From assembly GCF_009914755.1 (NCBI RefSeq), contig NC_060947.1: a stretch of DNA of 64,000 nucleotides; one strand, given 5' to 3'. This document shows positions 1 to 13,545 of the stretch, one piece after another. The stretch is from the human T2T-CHM13v2.0 reference genome, Homo sapiens. A program made the translations under genes and the position numbers. How positions within the stretch are numbered: position 1 is the stretch's first letter; every line of letters starts with the position of its first letter. Below the pieces are notes generated by a model that was given only the letters and a program-made list of their open reading frames with translations, was not told where the DNA came from and ran no database searches.

Positions 1-785
1 AAACCCCTAACCAATCTCTTAGATGCAATTTTGTGTGAGAATTCCTGCTTTGTAGAAGACAGTCAAATTCACAGTTGCATGCCCATGGCAACTTCCTCAA
101 AAAAGTACTCAGGATTTTTAGGGAAATAAATATGACAGATGCAGACGGTGGAGAAATGGAGAAACCACCACCATTTACTCGTAGCTGCAACTATCCTCGT
201 TTTGCATTAGGTAGTTTATATGAAACATCTTTGTAACTTTTCAGTGTTTTTAGAAATTATTCCTTTCTAAGATATCTCTCCCAGAGAGAGGCTGGAGAAT
301 TTATTCTTCCATACCAACCTCCTTCAAGTGCATCTACCTCACCAAAGTGATTCCTATATGGCACATCAAATATTTCTTAGTTTAAGCAAACTAAAGTTCA
401 CTATACTTAAGGTCATTTTATACTTTGAAAGGCTCCTGGATTTATTGGCCGTGCTCAGCTATGATATAGAACCATAGTTGTTGGGTTTTTTTTTTGGAGG
501 GGGCAGGTATCAATAAATATTTTTGGGAGGAAAATGGAACTGCCATGTGAATCGATGATTTGAAATAATATCAAGTCTACTGTTCAAAAGATAGGGAAGA
601 AGCTATTTTTTCTCCAAATAGTAATATTTCCCAGGGAGTCAGGATTCAAAGGTAAACTAGATCATTTAATTCAGTGATTCTCTTTGCTCAGAGTGGGAGA
701 GTGGGGTCACAAGAACTCCCTTGCAGAGGAAACTGGTGCCATGAGGGTGAGGGGGTGTTGCCAGTAAATGGAGTCCTTCTATTCA

Positions 786-1551
786 ATTTTTAATTGAAAA
801 ATAAAAATTATATATAATATATATTTATGGTATACAATGTGATTTTTGATGTATGTGTACATTGCAAAGCAGTTAAATCAAAATAACATATCGATGAACT
901 CACCTACTTATTATTTATTTGGTGGGTTGATAAAAGAAAAACTTCAGCCGAATTACATTTAAAGGAGTTTAATTGAGCAATGAACAATTCGCGAATCGGG
1001 CAGTCCCCAGAATCACAGCAGATTCAGAGAGACTCCGGGTTGCCTCATGATCTGAATGAATTTATAGACAAAAAGGTAAAGTGACGTACAGGAATTGGAA
1101 GTGAGGTACAGAAACAGTGAGATTGGTTACAGCTCAGTGTTTGCCTGATTTGAACGCAGTTTGAACATTGAGCAGTCTATGAGTGGTTGAAGTATGGCAG
1201 CTGGGATTGGCCAACACTCAGCTATTGTTACAGGCGCATATTATTAAGTTAGGTTTTCAATTTTGTCTGACTATTAAGCTAAGTTACAGTTCATCCACAA
1301 GGACTCAAATATAGAAGTACGGAGTCCTTCTCAGGCCATATTTAGTTTGCTTTAACAGGGTGAACACTTAAAAGTCTACTCTCTTAGCAGTTTTCAAGCA
1401 TACATTATTATTAACTGTGTGTTTCTTGAATTTATTACTTCTTCCTAACTGAAATTTTGTATTCTTTGACCAACATCTCCTCAGTGCCTGATCACTTACC
1501 TGTGGAATCTAAAAAAGTCAAACTCTTAAAAGCAGAGAGTAGAATGATGGT
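786..1551 (-). mobile_element. L1MA-type 3' end, split by a MER57A LTR, with a short inverted 5' segment (about 1489-1551)
   Basis: Antisense L1MA 3'UTR at 786-927 resumes at 1362-1480 (...ttctttgaccaacatctcc). It is followed by a sense-oriented upstream piece 'tggaatctaaaaaagtcaaactc...gcagagagtagaatgatgg'. Confidence 0.7.
928..1357 (-). mobile_element. MER57A solo LTR (ERV1)
   Basis: Reverse complement begins TGTTAAAGCAAACTAAATATGGCCTGAGAAGGACTCC and ends ...TTTTATCA. 4-bp TSD GGGT at 924-927 and 1358-1361. Confidence 0.88.
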
Positions 1552-1944
1552 CCTTCTATATTTGCTTCTGTATTTCCTGTGGAACAAACGATATTCTGGT
1601 TTTCAGGATAAACCAATTCCTTTCCTATATCCACATCCTTCTCCCCTTCTTTGTTGTTTCTTTCCCTACTTTCCCACCTCTTTCCAATGCCCTCTCCATT
1701 CCTTGCCCCAGTCAGTGTCATCTTTTTGTTGAAACTTTCTTAACCTGCTCCAGGAATGGCTAGAGGCATCCTCCTTTTTGTCCACATGCTCTGTCCTTGT
1801 TCTGTGAATGGTGTTCACTGCATTCCATTTCGTGCTACTCTTAGATCTGTATCATTCTGGGCTGAGGGCTCCTTGACGAGGGAGACTCTACATCGCTTAC
1901 CTTTGTAGCAATATGGCGGCCGAGCAGGGGTCAGTGCGTGTCTT

Positions 1945-2125
1945 CTGTATAGGCAGATGGTAAACATTTTTGGCTTTGTAGACCATAAGGTTTCTGTTAC
2001 AACTACTCAGCTGTGCTGTTGTCGCAAGCCCAGCCATGATCAATATGTAAAAGAATGGGTTTACAGTAGCTATCTTTACAAACACAAGTGGAGGGCTGGA
2101 TTTAGTTTCCTGACCTGGTTTCATA
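1945..2125 (+). mobile_element. MER58A-like hAT-Charlie MITE
   Basis: 'gtaaacatttttggctttgtagaccataaggtttctgttacaactactcagctgtgctgttg...' resembles MER58. Confidence 0.65.
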
Positions 2126-2851
2126 GAGTCCAGTGGGATCTAATAAATGGTCATGAGAGGGATGACTTAAAAATGCACACATTCTTCAAAAGTTAAAGCA
2201 TTCAACATGTTTTAATCAAGTATAAAAAACTAAATAGAAATTAAGCACTAAACATAAATATACATATGTGTATATGTTAGAAATACATAGTTCTGTAGTA
2301 AGACTTAATACAAAGAAGGCAAGAAAGTGATGAATACAAGATTTAGGATAACAGTTTCTCTGGGCAGAGGAATGCAGGGAGATGGAATAGAGGAACCAAA
2401 CAGCACAAATCTGTTATTTTTAAAATTGTATTTTTGTGTGGGTGCCTATTATATTATTATAAACACAGTAACAAATAAATAGGTCATTCAAGGACTAATG
2501 ATGAGAGTATTCATGAGTCAAGAATTATGTTTAATATATTTTTTAGGTCAAAGCCATAAAAGAAGTTCTTATAGTTATCCCCATCCTTATATATATTCTT
2601 AACCTTCCCATTGATCAAGATTCTTCAAAGATGGCAATATTACTTTGATGTCTTCAACACATTCTCAGTGTCTCAGCTGGTAATTGTTGAGGCCAGAGTT
2701 TTAAGCAGATTCAAAATGCTTTAGGTGTTCTTTTACCAGGATTGTACTCCTAGTGGATGATTAGAATTATTAGAATCGCGTCCTGCTGTGATTCTCAGAG
2801 CACCGGCTTCAGAAGTGGGCAGGTGCTCTACGAGGAAGCTGGGCTTGGAAA

Positions 2852-3090
2852 CCCAGTGTAGCCTAGTGGGTAAGCCTATAGCCTTCAAAGCCAGACTCTG
2901 TGGCTTCAGATTTCCACTCTGCTTCTTACTCCCTGTGTTAATGTGGGCAACCGCTGCTTTTCCTCCTCTGTAAGATGGAACAATTGTAGCATATACTTCA
3001 TAGGGGTGTGGTGGGCATGAAATTTGCTAGTAGAGGAGATGTTTCCAGAAAAGAGTTGACACATAGTGGCTGCTGATTAAATGTTATCTC
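2852..3090 (+). mobile_element. MIR SINE
   Basis: Degenerate MIR head, core 'tttcctcctctgtaagatgg' and tail 'cacatagtggctgctgattaaatgtta'. Confidence 0.7.
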
Positions 3091-5743
3091 TTGTTAGTAT
3101 GATTATCAAACAATTTCGGTTCCTGTTGTCATTTAATAAGAATTCTGGAAGGAGACATGAGCCTATTTTTTGCTTAGGGATTCAGAAATATTAGGGACAC
3201 ATTTGGTGCCACTCTCTTTGGTCTCTGTCTCCATGATGGTCACGATATGACAGCTGTAGCTCCAGTGATTTCGTCTCCATTCCACAATGGGAGAAGGAAA
3301 AATGGGAGAATACAAGGGATAAGCCAGATAAGTTCATATCATAGCAAGGCACACTTGTCCAAGCCAAGGCAATGGTTTCCTTTTAAAGACCATTGGGTAG
3401 ATCCATGTCACACAGAGCATCACCCAGCTTTATGGCAGGATGGACGATGAAGTCCTATTCTAGTTGGTTATATTCTAACTCAGAACAAAGCAAGAGGACT
3501 ACTCAGCCTGAAGGAGACGACAATGAACATTGGGCAGGCAACTTGTAAAATGCCGAAAACTGCCACTCCTTCCTAACCATGCTCATTCTATTCTGTCCAG
3601 CCTAGCACCAAGGTAAAGCAGAAGAGAAATCGAGCTTTGTCTCTTTGTCAACAGTGAAAAGTGTAACTTCTACAGCAAGCAACAGGTGGTGTTCTTCTGC
3701 AGCAACTGTAACATTATAAACACTTTTCTGTTGTCATTTTAGCATTTTTGTGTGGTGGTCAACTTGTTCTGGATCTGAACTTTCTTGACACTACAATTAT
3801 ATTCTGGGCCTCTCTTTTGTAGTTTCCCTTGAGGGCTTGTTAGATAATCTGGATATATTATTTGAAAATTATTGAGTAAGAGATCACCCCGATCCTTAGA
3901 CTCGTTGTGATTTTTCGTACAAAATTTCATTTTTTGAAAATACTTGTTCTGCCTGAGTATTTTTTTCATGGAGAATCTCGAGTAATGCAATGTATCTATA
4001 TCTACCTATATCTATATATCTCAAGTGGGCACATTCAAAATTCCACCTTCTGTGCCTATAAGGAACTCCTCATAGATAGTCAGATAGTTTGACTCATGCC
4101 CACCCCCAAAATATTAGCCCCAATTAATACTTTCATCTTGATCAGAATTATGTCTTGAATATTAGATATCTACTAAAAATCAGGAGTGAATCATTTAATC
4201 CGTATCTTTTTAAAATCAGCTTACATGCGACTTACTTTTGAACTTTTAAGTTTTACTTAATGTTAAAATTAGTAAGCTGTTCAAGTAGTTCAAAACTCAA
4301 AATAAACATTTTGTGTTGTGACATTTCATACTAACATTTCATCAGTTGTTTTCAGGTAATCATATATTAGATTATTAGATTTCTGTATATTCTTCTGGTG
4401 TTTCCTTCATGCAAATATGAAAATGAATATGTAATTCTATTTAACCATCTTTCCAACACAGAAGTCAGCGTTCTATATGGATTATTTTGTACCATTTTTC
4501 ACCTAATATATTATAGAAAGTCTTTATATATTTAGAACAATTCAATTTGATAGTTTGCAAACTATTTTACTATTCAAGTTCTATTTTGCAAAAGATCATC
4601 TACCTTGCTCTCCAACTTCCCTGGTATTCTCTCTCTCTCAGAAATTTACTTTGCTCTTCTCTTACCTCAAATAGGTGCTATTACTCTTAAAAACATACAA
4701 AACAAAACTAGGGTATACATTGCCTCTCACTACTTTCAGCGTGTTTTCTTAGAGATAAACCTTCAAAATCTCCATAATCACAAAGGCCAATCTTTAACAT
4801 CACCTGATAGTATGTTCAGATCCAAAGTATGCCTAAAAAACAAAAACAATATAATTTAAAGCTCTTTGCATATCAAAGAATGATAAACCAAAATTTGTGT
4901 CTGTAGCCCCCAAGATCTGAAATCAACCACTTCAGGAATGTGCAAGTGATTTTCCGTGTATTTTTCCTTTTTAATGACCTGGGAAGGTGGATTTTCTTCT
5001 ACAGACTCGGTACAGAATTGGAAGAAGCAAAGTTTATTAGTGAGCCATAAGGTAGGTATTGATTGTTCCGGAAAGTTTAAGGGAGCTGGAATTCGTGACT
5101 GACGTTTATAAAATCATGGCATATGGAAACACTTATATATTTTTATTGAGCTAATTTCAGAATACCACAACCAGGACACATTCCTGGAAGTCAGAAAGTC
5201 ATAGTTTTAGGACAAATGCCACAACCATTCTTTACACACCAGATAGGAAGGATGTAGACCTCGTTTCTGGAAAGGGCTATAATAGATAGAGAGTATAAGT
5301 AGGTATAAAAGTATTTCAATATATTTAGGTGATGAGTCTACAAAGAAAACAGAAAAGACTAGAGATGACTGATTTACATTTCTACAATTGGACAAGACAT
5401 TGTGTTGGGCATTTAAAGGAAGAGTCTTTATGCAGAGATCAAACATGGAGCACCACATGGCCTGTGTAGTTGGTCTGACTCAGTACTGCCTAGGCTAGGC
5501 TCTTATCTGAGGTGCAGATCTCCCCGTGAGATCTCTCCGTCTCAATCACTGAACTGGGATCTTCAGCTTTGCCCAGTGTCTTCATAGTAGCTTGAAGCTG
5601 AGCTCATCTTAGGATATGGTTAAGCTTGTGGCTCCAAGTAAGAATGGCTGAACGAAGGTTAGGGGGTGATGAATGCAATGTGGTTGGAGAAGGAAATGTT
5701 TATGAGAATGTACAGCTACCCTAGTCATGGATTCATCCCCAAG

Positions 5744-6253
5744 AATAGTTTTGGGGGATAAGATGATGGAAGGTGAAGTAAATAATTCATTGGGGATGAG
5801 ATGATGGAAATCAGTGTAAATGGTTTATTGAAATAAGATAATAGAAGAAGTTGATAGAAATAGTTTACTGGGGACAGGATGATGAAGGTTAGTATAAATA
5901 TTTATTGGATATAGGATGAAGGAGTTGGTGTAAACATTTTACTGTGAATAGGATGGAAAAAGTTGATATAGTTTATTGGGGGATAGGGTGATGGATATGG
6001 TGTAAATATTTATTGTGAACAGTGAAGGAAGTTGGTGTAAATATTTTATAAGAGATAGGATGATGGATATTGATATGGTTTATTGGGAATAGGATGATGG
6101 AAATGGTGTAAATATTTCTTGAGAAAGGATGATGGAAGCTGATGTGAATAGTTTATTGGGGGGTCAGATGTCAGAGGTTGGTGTAGTTTATTAAGGGTAG
6201 GATGATGAACGCTGGTGTGAATAGTCTATTGGAAGTAGCATGATGGAAGTTGA
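5744..6253. repeat. Degenerate minisatellite, 14 units of about 35-39 bp (consensus AATAGTTTATTGGGGATAGGATGATGGAAGTTGGTGTA)
   Basis: Units aligned by eye. The repeat is strongly G/T/A-rich and almost C-free on the + strand. Confidence 0.85.
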
Positions 6254-7707
6254 CCTCAACTCTAATTGAATTGTGTATTAACCTTCATGATCTCATCTCA
6301 GAAGTCATATTCCTCTGGAATGAAGACCACGTTAAATGGGCGTGAATGCTCGGTGTGTGCTGGCTTCTGTCCCAGATAAATGTGACCTTTAATTTTTATC
6401 TTTTATCTGATCCATTTTTATGCATATTTTCTGGTAGTCTGTTTAGTTGTGTTACTACATATTTAATATGCTGGACTGTTTATTGTCATTAAAAGGAATG
6501 ATACACATGATGTTGTAAGCTTTACATTCACATGTGTCTCTGAAACCAAACACAGGCTGTGAGCCAAAAGGCACTTAATGGATAAATGGATGGGTTGATG
6601 TTTTAGAAATGCAGCTTTCACTGAAGTGAGAGAAGGTAAGAACATATGCTGATATGCCAACAATCAGCTGATTTAAAGATTCACAGACTTATCGGCATTC
6701 TCACAAGTCTTGCAGTCAAGAAATCTACTTCGTTTTGTTTAACCCCGGGATTTCCAAACTCATTTGACTCCAGATTTTTTTTCCAGTAATATTGTTGGAA
6801 AACCTTTCTGAACAACCCATATGCATTTGTACATACCCTGATTTTTATTGGGTAGTTTACACATGAGGTCCTACTTATATGAGCGACAAAAACTTATTTT
6901 TAAAAAGTACTCAGAAAAAGTATAAATACTAGATATTTGTGCATGAAGTGAATTGGCATTCAGAAACCTTTTCTAGATTTACCTCAACTTCACTTTTTCT
7001 AACAATTGAAATAGAATATGCTTTAGGAATCTTTTCAGTTGACTTTAATAAATACTATCTCAAGGTATTTATAGATCAAAATTTTAGAATAGTCTTGGAT
7101 TTATTTTGGTAATGAAAGAAAAAGCAAAACAACATACCTCTTAAAAGGTTTAGGCTAAGCATAGTTTATGGCAAAATATGAGTTCTTGACCTTTTATTTT
7201 AACCAGAAGAAATTGTTGGGTTCCTTGTGGACAAGTTCTTTTGGGTTCAGCCCTGTCTGTGCTCAGGAAAGGGTAAGACAATGCATATTGTCAAAGAAGT
7301 GGCTGTCTTATGGAAAAGTTGGGGACAGCAGGGTGTAGCAAGTAATAAGAAAAATAAGATATGCACAGGAATAATTGTAAAAATATCTGTTATACAAACA
7401 TGACCTTGGATGTGTCCAATATAAATGCAACTGCTAGACCTCTATTAGTGTATTCCTACTCCCCAAAGAAGTTATGGGAATTACGTTAAATTTAAAAGCA
7501 GGAAAAGTTTGAAAGTTGATTGACATCATCCTCTTAATCTAAGACCTGCCATTTTTGTTAAATTCTTGTTAAGTCCCAGAGGCTTGTTTTAGAAAATAAT
7601 CTACTCTACCAGCCTCTCTGAATGATAGTCCTGCAAAGACTTACTCCATCTACTATTTTTTCTTCACTTCGTGAAGCTAACTCATGGATTCCTGTGCGAT
7701 ATGAATT

Positions 7708-7930
7708 GTGCTTTAGTGCAGGAGCACTGGATTACAGATGAAATGACGTGGATTACGGTGCCTGGATTGGCACTCACTCATTCATACTTAACCTGTCTGG
7801 ACCTCAATAACAACATCCGCAAATAACTAAAGCCATAATCACCCATGGTCATTGTTCATTATACGAAATGCCAAAATGCAATAAATTATGTGAAAACATT
7901 GAAGTTATGATGTCATGCACACATTGTAAA
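7708..7930 (+). mobile_element. MIR SINE (degenerate)
   Basis: 'acttaacctgtctggacctca' core-like segment with MIR-like flanks. Confidence 0.5.
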
Positions 7931-9169
7931 TTAAATACCCTTTCTATTGACCATATCTGCCTTCATCAACCACTTGAAACTGATCATTAGTCAAAATTGA
8001 TTTCCTTTGCCATTTGCCCACAGGCTTTGGTTGGGAATACCTGTCCTTAGATACCTTTTGGAGGCACAGGTGGCCTAGCAGCTTCCTGTGAAAGGAAAAT
8101 TTACGTGCCTTCAGATTGAGAATTCGATCTGCCTCTATGATAGTTCCTTTTCATTTTTATTTAATTTGTAAAATTAAGATACATTTAACAATTACCAGAT
8201 ACTTGAGGTGGGAATATATCTGATGTACTCCCAGAACCTCATAACTTTTGGTAGCTAGTTGACTTATTGCTAATGCGACTGCTATGCACGACAGCAGGGA
8301 AAACTACCTTAAATAGGAATTTTGTTAAGGTCATGTCTTTTTAATGGCATTCTGTTGTTGTTGTTAAACCTGCAATCTTTCTTTATTGGACGATTTTTGT
8401 CCATGCTGTTGATTCCATGAATATCCTACTATTTGGCAAAATGTTAAAAGAAAGAATCAATATTTTATATTGATTTAGCTGAAAGTAGAGAAAACATAAG
8501 CGTTCAGTAATAATAGAAGCTGAGAAAAGCCGGAGTTGATTTAGACTCTCATAAATTAGGGGAGTTTTGTATCTAGGACTTGCTTTGTTCAAATGGCAAT
8601 GGGAATTCCAAGGGGAATGCTGACTTCCCAATTGGAAGACAGTATTCAAGACATCATGTTAGACCAAAAATCTAGCATGTTAACTCCCTAAATGATTACT
8701 TTAAAATGAGCACTGTTAGATTTTTCTGGATTTCTAATAGTCCAATTTGAGGTGATGACATCCACTGTTCTTTTTTAATGACATACATTCTCTCTTCCTG
8801 ATATCATCAATGATTTATCCCTCTTTTGATTCTTTCACCTTCTTCCTTCGTACAACAATCTTATTATTTTTTTTTTCAAAGTTCACTGGGGAACATTTCT
8901 GCTCCCTGGTGTGTATTTGCCATATATAAGCTAGGATTGTTTTTCAGTAATTCCTGGTGAGTTTAATTTTTTTTGTGATGTTCTGATCTGCTATGTCTTT
9001 ACTAAAGATTTTTACCTTGAGATCTTATAATATTAATATAGGCAGAATAAGAGGGTTGTAGTTACTATTTTCCTGGGATGTCTTTTTCTCTTCTGTTACT
9101 TTCGAAATTTTATGTGTCCTGAATGTTTTAGGGATGGCCGTTTTCAGCTGGACATAATGAGATATTTTA

Positions 9170-11450
9170 CAATCAAAGGTCAAATTCTCTCTCTAACAGT
9201 TGAATTTAGTCCATTTACATTTACTCCATTTTGGTTTAATTTCTCCCATTGTAATTGATACTTTTTATTTGTCCTGTATTTTCTGTGTTTTCTTTTCAAC
9301 ATTCTAGATTTATTTTTGTTGTCAAAGAAATTTTGCTCTATGTAACTTCATCTGCCTCTCCCTTGGTTTGAAAGATTACACTCTATTTCTATCCTGTTAT
9401 CGGTTACCCTTAAAATTTTGAATACTCAGAGAGTTTAAATGGAATCTGTATTTCTACACTTCTATGAAATATCACAAGAAGTTGAGAATACTTAAATTCC
9501 AAACACCTCCTTTGCATCTTTTAAGTTCTTCCTTCCTCTTCTCTCCTATTCTGGTTGGTTACTCCCAAAATTAGACATTATTATTTTTGCTTAATATATT
9601 TAGTATTTGTGTAAATGTAATGGCACTAACCAATTTCCTCACTCACCAGTCTCAGTATTTGAGTTGTTTTCCTTGTTTCCAAGGTAATTGCTTTTCGTTG
9701 TGTACAATTGGCTATGTCTTGGATGTTTTTCTTGATGACTAGGTGTACCATTTTTGCCATAGATAAAGGTACTCTAGGTTGATGGTAATTTTCTTGCAGC
9801 GTTTTGAAGACACTTTATTCACTGCTTCCTGGCTTCCTATCTTTGCTGTTGAGAAGCTTCCATCAGCCTAATGGTTGATTTTTGTAAGTAATGGCTCCTT
9901 TCCCACCCCTGGCTGTTTTGAACGTCATCTCTATGACTTCCGTAGTTTGCCAGCTCCCTACATTCCAGCTAAGTGTAAATTTCTTCTTAATTTATGTAGT
10001 TTGTGAATTACTGAGCTTTCTGAATCTGAAGAGTCACAGCTTTCATAAATATGAGCTCTTTCCAGCTGTGCTTCCTGCTTTACTCTTGCTTTTCTAGTAT
10101 TTAGGATTTGGATCTGATGTATATCAGACACATTTTAACTATTTTTTTTTTTTTTTTTTGAGATGGAGTCCTGCTTTGTCGCCCAGGCTGGAGTACAGTG
10201 GCTTGATCTCGGCTCACCAGTAGCTGGGACCACAGGTACATGCCACGACTCCTAGCTAATTGTTGTATTTTTTGTAGTAACGGGGTCTCACTATGTTGGC
10301 CAGGCTGGTCTTGAACTCCTGGACTCAAGCAATCTGCCTTCCTCAGCCTCCCAAAGTGCTAGGATTTCAGATGTGAGCCACCACGCGTGGCCTAGAACTC
10401 ATTTTTTTGTTCTCACTGTCTTTCTCACTCTTATGCTCCACTGTTTGTCTCTTTGTCCTACATTTGTGTATTATATTTAATATCTAATTTCTGATACACT
10501 GATAATTTTCTTCAGTGCCATCTAATCTTCCGTTTAATCTGCACTGTTTTAATTTTAACGTACTGTCACAAATGCTCTATTTGTTGTATCTTTTGTTTGT
10601 TTGCTTTTGCCAAATCTGCTTGTCCTTTTTTTTAAACCCTTTTTTTAACTTGATGCCCTGTTCATGCAGTCTGTTTCCTGCTTTGTTTTTGTAAACATCA
10701 TAAATGTATTTGAGTTACATCCAAAAGTCTGTATGTCTGAGGTGTTACATTCTATGTTTGAGCATCCCAAAGTCTGAGTTCCTTGAAGGTCTAACATGTT
10801 GTTTGCTTCTACAGCTAACTCTTGTTCTTGGTGGCTTGTTGCCTTCTGTGGTTTTTAATTTGTGTTTGCACGTTTGTTAACCTGTGCATCTGTAAGAATC
10901 CTTTTGCCCATTGTTACGGGGGACGAACCACCTTCCCAGTTCTAGGCATCCTGTGTGTTACCAACATGATGCCATCTGATGTCCAGTTATTTTCTTGAAT
11001 CTTCTTAAATTCTGCATCTAAGGTAATGTCTAACACCCAAACCTTTGCAAGGACAATTCTGAAACTACAAATTCATTACAGGAGACATTTTTTCCAGCCT
11101 GGACTTTAGGTCTAAAGGGTACACTTTTCTTTTTTCTTCTATTAGCAGGTGGATATCTTTTTTTTTTTCTTATATTAGCAGGTGGATATCTTTTCTAGTC
11201 CAGTACCAGACTGGCAGAATACTCTTTCGAGTTTGTAGCTGCAGGAAGGGCTTTCAATTCCAACCCCATCCTCGGTACAAGATCAATATCTTGTTTATTC
11301 TCTATCCTGATAATGACTAAGCCCCTCAGAGAGTTTCAAGTCTTCTGAACACCCAGGTTTCCTGACTTGCTGTGTCTCTACCCGCTAGCAATTAATGACT
11401 TCTGCTTTCCTAGAATTGGTTATGTGTTTTAAGGAACATTCCACTTTTTC
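9170..11450 (-). mobile_element. Ancient L1M fragment (ORF1 / ORF2-start region, antisense), interrupted by an Alu
   Basis: Antisense L1 hallmarks 'tttagtccatttacattt' and 'cttcctggcttcctatctttgctgttgagaagc'. T-rich on the + strand. Boundaries approximate. Confidence 0.55.
10142..10392 (-). mobile_element. Alu with an internal deletion in the right arm
   Basis: Poly-T then 'gagatggagtc...', with 'ctcggctcac' joined almost directly to 'agtagctggga'. Confidence 0.92.
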
Positions 11451-12754
11451 TAGAACTTCCATGGGTTTTTAGTGGGAATGTTGTTTGGGCATAACCAGTC
11501 TGTCATATTGGTGGAAGCACAAATTGTACAGGTCTTCCTTTCCATTCATTCCACCTTTGCCTCTTACACTCACCTTCTTCAGTGAATGAGGCCAGTAGCT
11601 TCTCAATGAACCTAATTGACTGGACACTCTCTTATTTCTCTCTAGTGGCAATTTCTTCTATGAGTTTAATCTTATTGAAATGCTTTAAGTGTATCCCAAT
11701 TCCCTGCTCCAAATCCTACTATACTTTTCCATTGTTCAATCATAAATTTAAATTTCTTCTGGAATTTTGGATCCCTTATAATTTTCACTTCTCTACTTAG
11801 ACAAATGAGTGTTGACTCCCCCCATTGTACAAACTCGACTTTTTGTCAGTGTGTTTTAAGCAAGGTATCTAAAAATATTCCCTTCTCATTCTTATTGCCT
11901 TGATTCATTTTATTGTGCTCTTCTGTAGAATGACTTCTCTTCTTCCTTATTTTGAGGTAAATCCTAATCATTCTGCAAATCCCACTTTGTTTATGAAGAT
12001 TTTACTAATCAAGGTGGCACCGACCCTCATAAAACTGTGAAGCATTTATTGTAATTGCTTGGAAGTAGCAGGTAAATACATTCAGACTTTTACTGCCTAT
12101 TGTTTTATGGGCATTCACTTTGTCTTCTCAATTACTTTTAATTGTAGCAAAGATTTTTAAAAAATGATCCATTAATCCCAAAGTGCCTGGCATAATGCTC
12201 ATTCTACTTAATAGAATAGCTGCACAAGACATGCTTTTAGAATGGTCTCTTGCAAGTAAAGGTAAACTAATGTTCCTTTAAGTTTTTTTTTCTTAGAATG
12301 AAGAACATAGCATCATTCCTTTAATTAATTATGATATTGCCTGCTAGGACTGGGAACCATTAAGTTCACACTAGATCCATCGTTTACCATGCAGCATGAG
12401 GTGGTGGGGGCAAAACATTCTCTGTGTACCTGGATCTCTCCGTACTTTCTCTAAGACAATGAGTTCATCCAGCAGATGCACCACGTCTCATTTCTCTCAG
12501 TTTCCCTGGTACTTAGCACGGTCTGTGGTTTTAGTCAGAACCTGATAAATATTCATCAAGCATATGGCTGGATCATTGCTTCTGGGACTCCTGAGATACA
12601 ATCAGAGCACATCCTCACGTTGCCTCTTACTGTTCCCGGCAACGCCCTCCATGAGGGGAATCTCGCTCTTTCCACTGGCTTTGGTCACACAATCCACCAT
12701 TCAGTTACACGAGACGTCCAGTTATAGACAAAAAAGTTAAAGAAAAAACATCCT

Positions 12755-13208
12755 ATTTTAGTTTATATTTTTTGAGACTAGGTCTCACTCTGTTGCCTAG
12801 GCTGGAGTGCAGTGGCACAGTCATACCTCACTGCAGCCTCGACCTACTGGGCTCAAGTGATCCTCCTGCCTTAGCCTCCTGAATAGCTGGGAGTACAGAT
12901 GCACACCAAGACATAATTTCTATACCTTTTTTATTTTCAGAGATAGCGTCTTGCTCTGTTGCCCAGGCTGGAGTGCAGTGGCATGATCATAGCTCACTGC
13001 AGCCTTGACCTCCTGGGCTCAAGTCAGCTTCCCAGGTAGCTGGGACTTCAGGTGCACCACCATGCCTAGCTAATTTTTGTTTTCTTTTGTAGAGATGGGG
13101 TCTCTCTTTGTTTCTCAGGTTGGTCTCGAACTCCTGGGCTCAAGCAATTCTCCCTGGCACAGCCTCCCAAACCAATGGGATTACAGGAGTGAATCACTGT
13201 ACCCAGCC
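12755..13208 (-). mobile_element. AluJ right arm (to about 12907) followed by a near full-length AluJ (about 12926-13208)
   Basis: Two successive 'caggctggagtgcagtggc...ctcactgcagcct' right arms, then a left arm ending 'cccagcc'. Confidence 0.88.
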
Positions 13209-13253
13209 AAGAAAAATCATCTTGATTTAAATTCACAACTTAAATTGTTGTAA

Positions 13254-13545
13254 GGGAGGCCAAGATGGGAGGATTGCTTGAGCCCAGGAGTTGGAGAACA
13301 GCCTGGAAAACATAGCAAGAACCAGCCTGGAAAACATAGCAAGAAATTAAAATATTTAGCCAGGCGTGGTGGAATGTGCCTGTAGTCCCAGCTACTAGGG
13401 AGGCTGCTGACATGGGAGGGTCGCTTGAGCCCAAGATGTTGGGCTGTGATCATGCCACTGCACTCCAGCCTGAGTGACAGAGTGAGATCCTTTCTCAAAA
13501 ACCACCACCACAACAAAAAACCCCCAAAACAACAACAATAAAACA
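13254..13545 (+). mobile_element. AluJ, 5'-truncated, with an internal tandem duplication of 'cagcctggaaaacatagcaaga'
   Basis: 'gggaggccaagatgggaggattgcttgagcccaggag' through to an A-rich tail. Confidence 0.88.

Noticed and set aside
5744-6253. CRISPR-like array of about 37-bp repeats
   Set aside because: Units are contiguous and degenerate with no unique spacers, there are no cas genes, and the context is eukaryotic.
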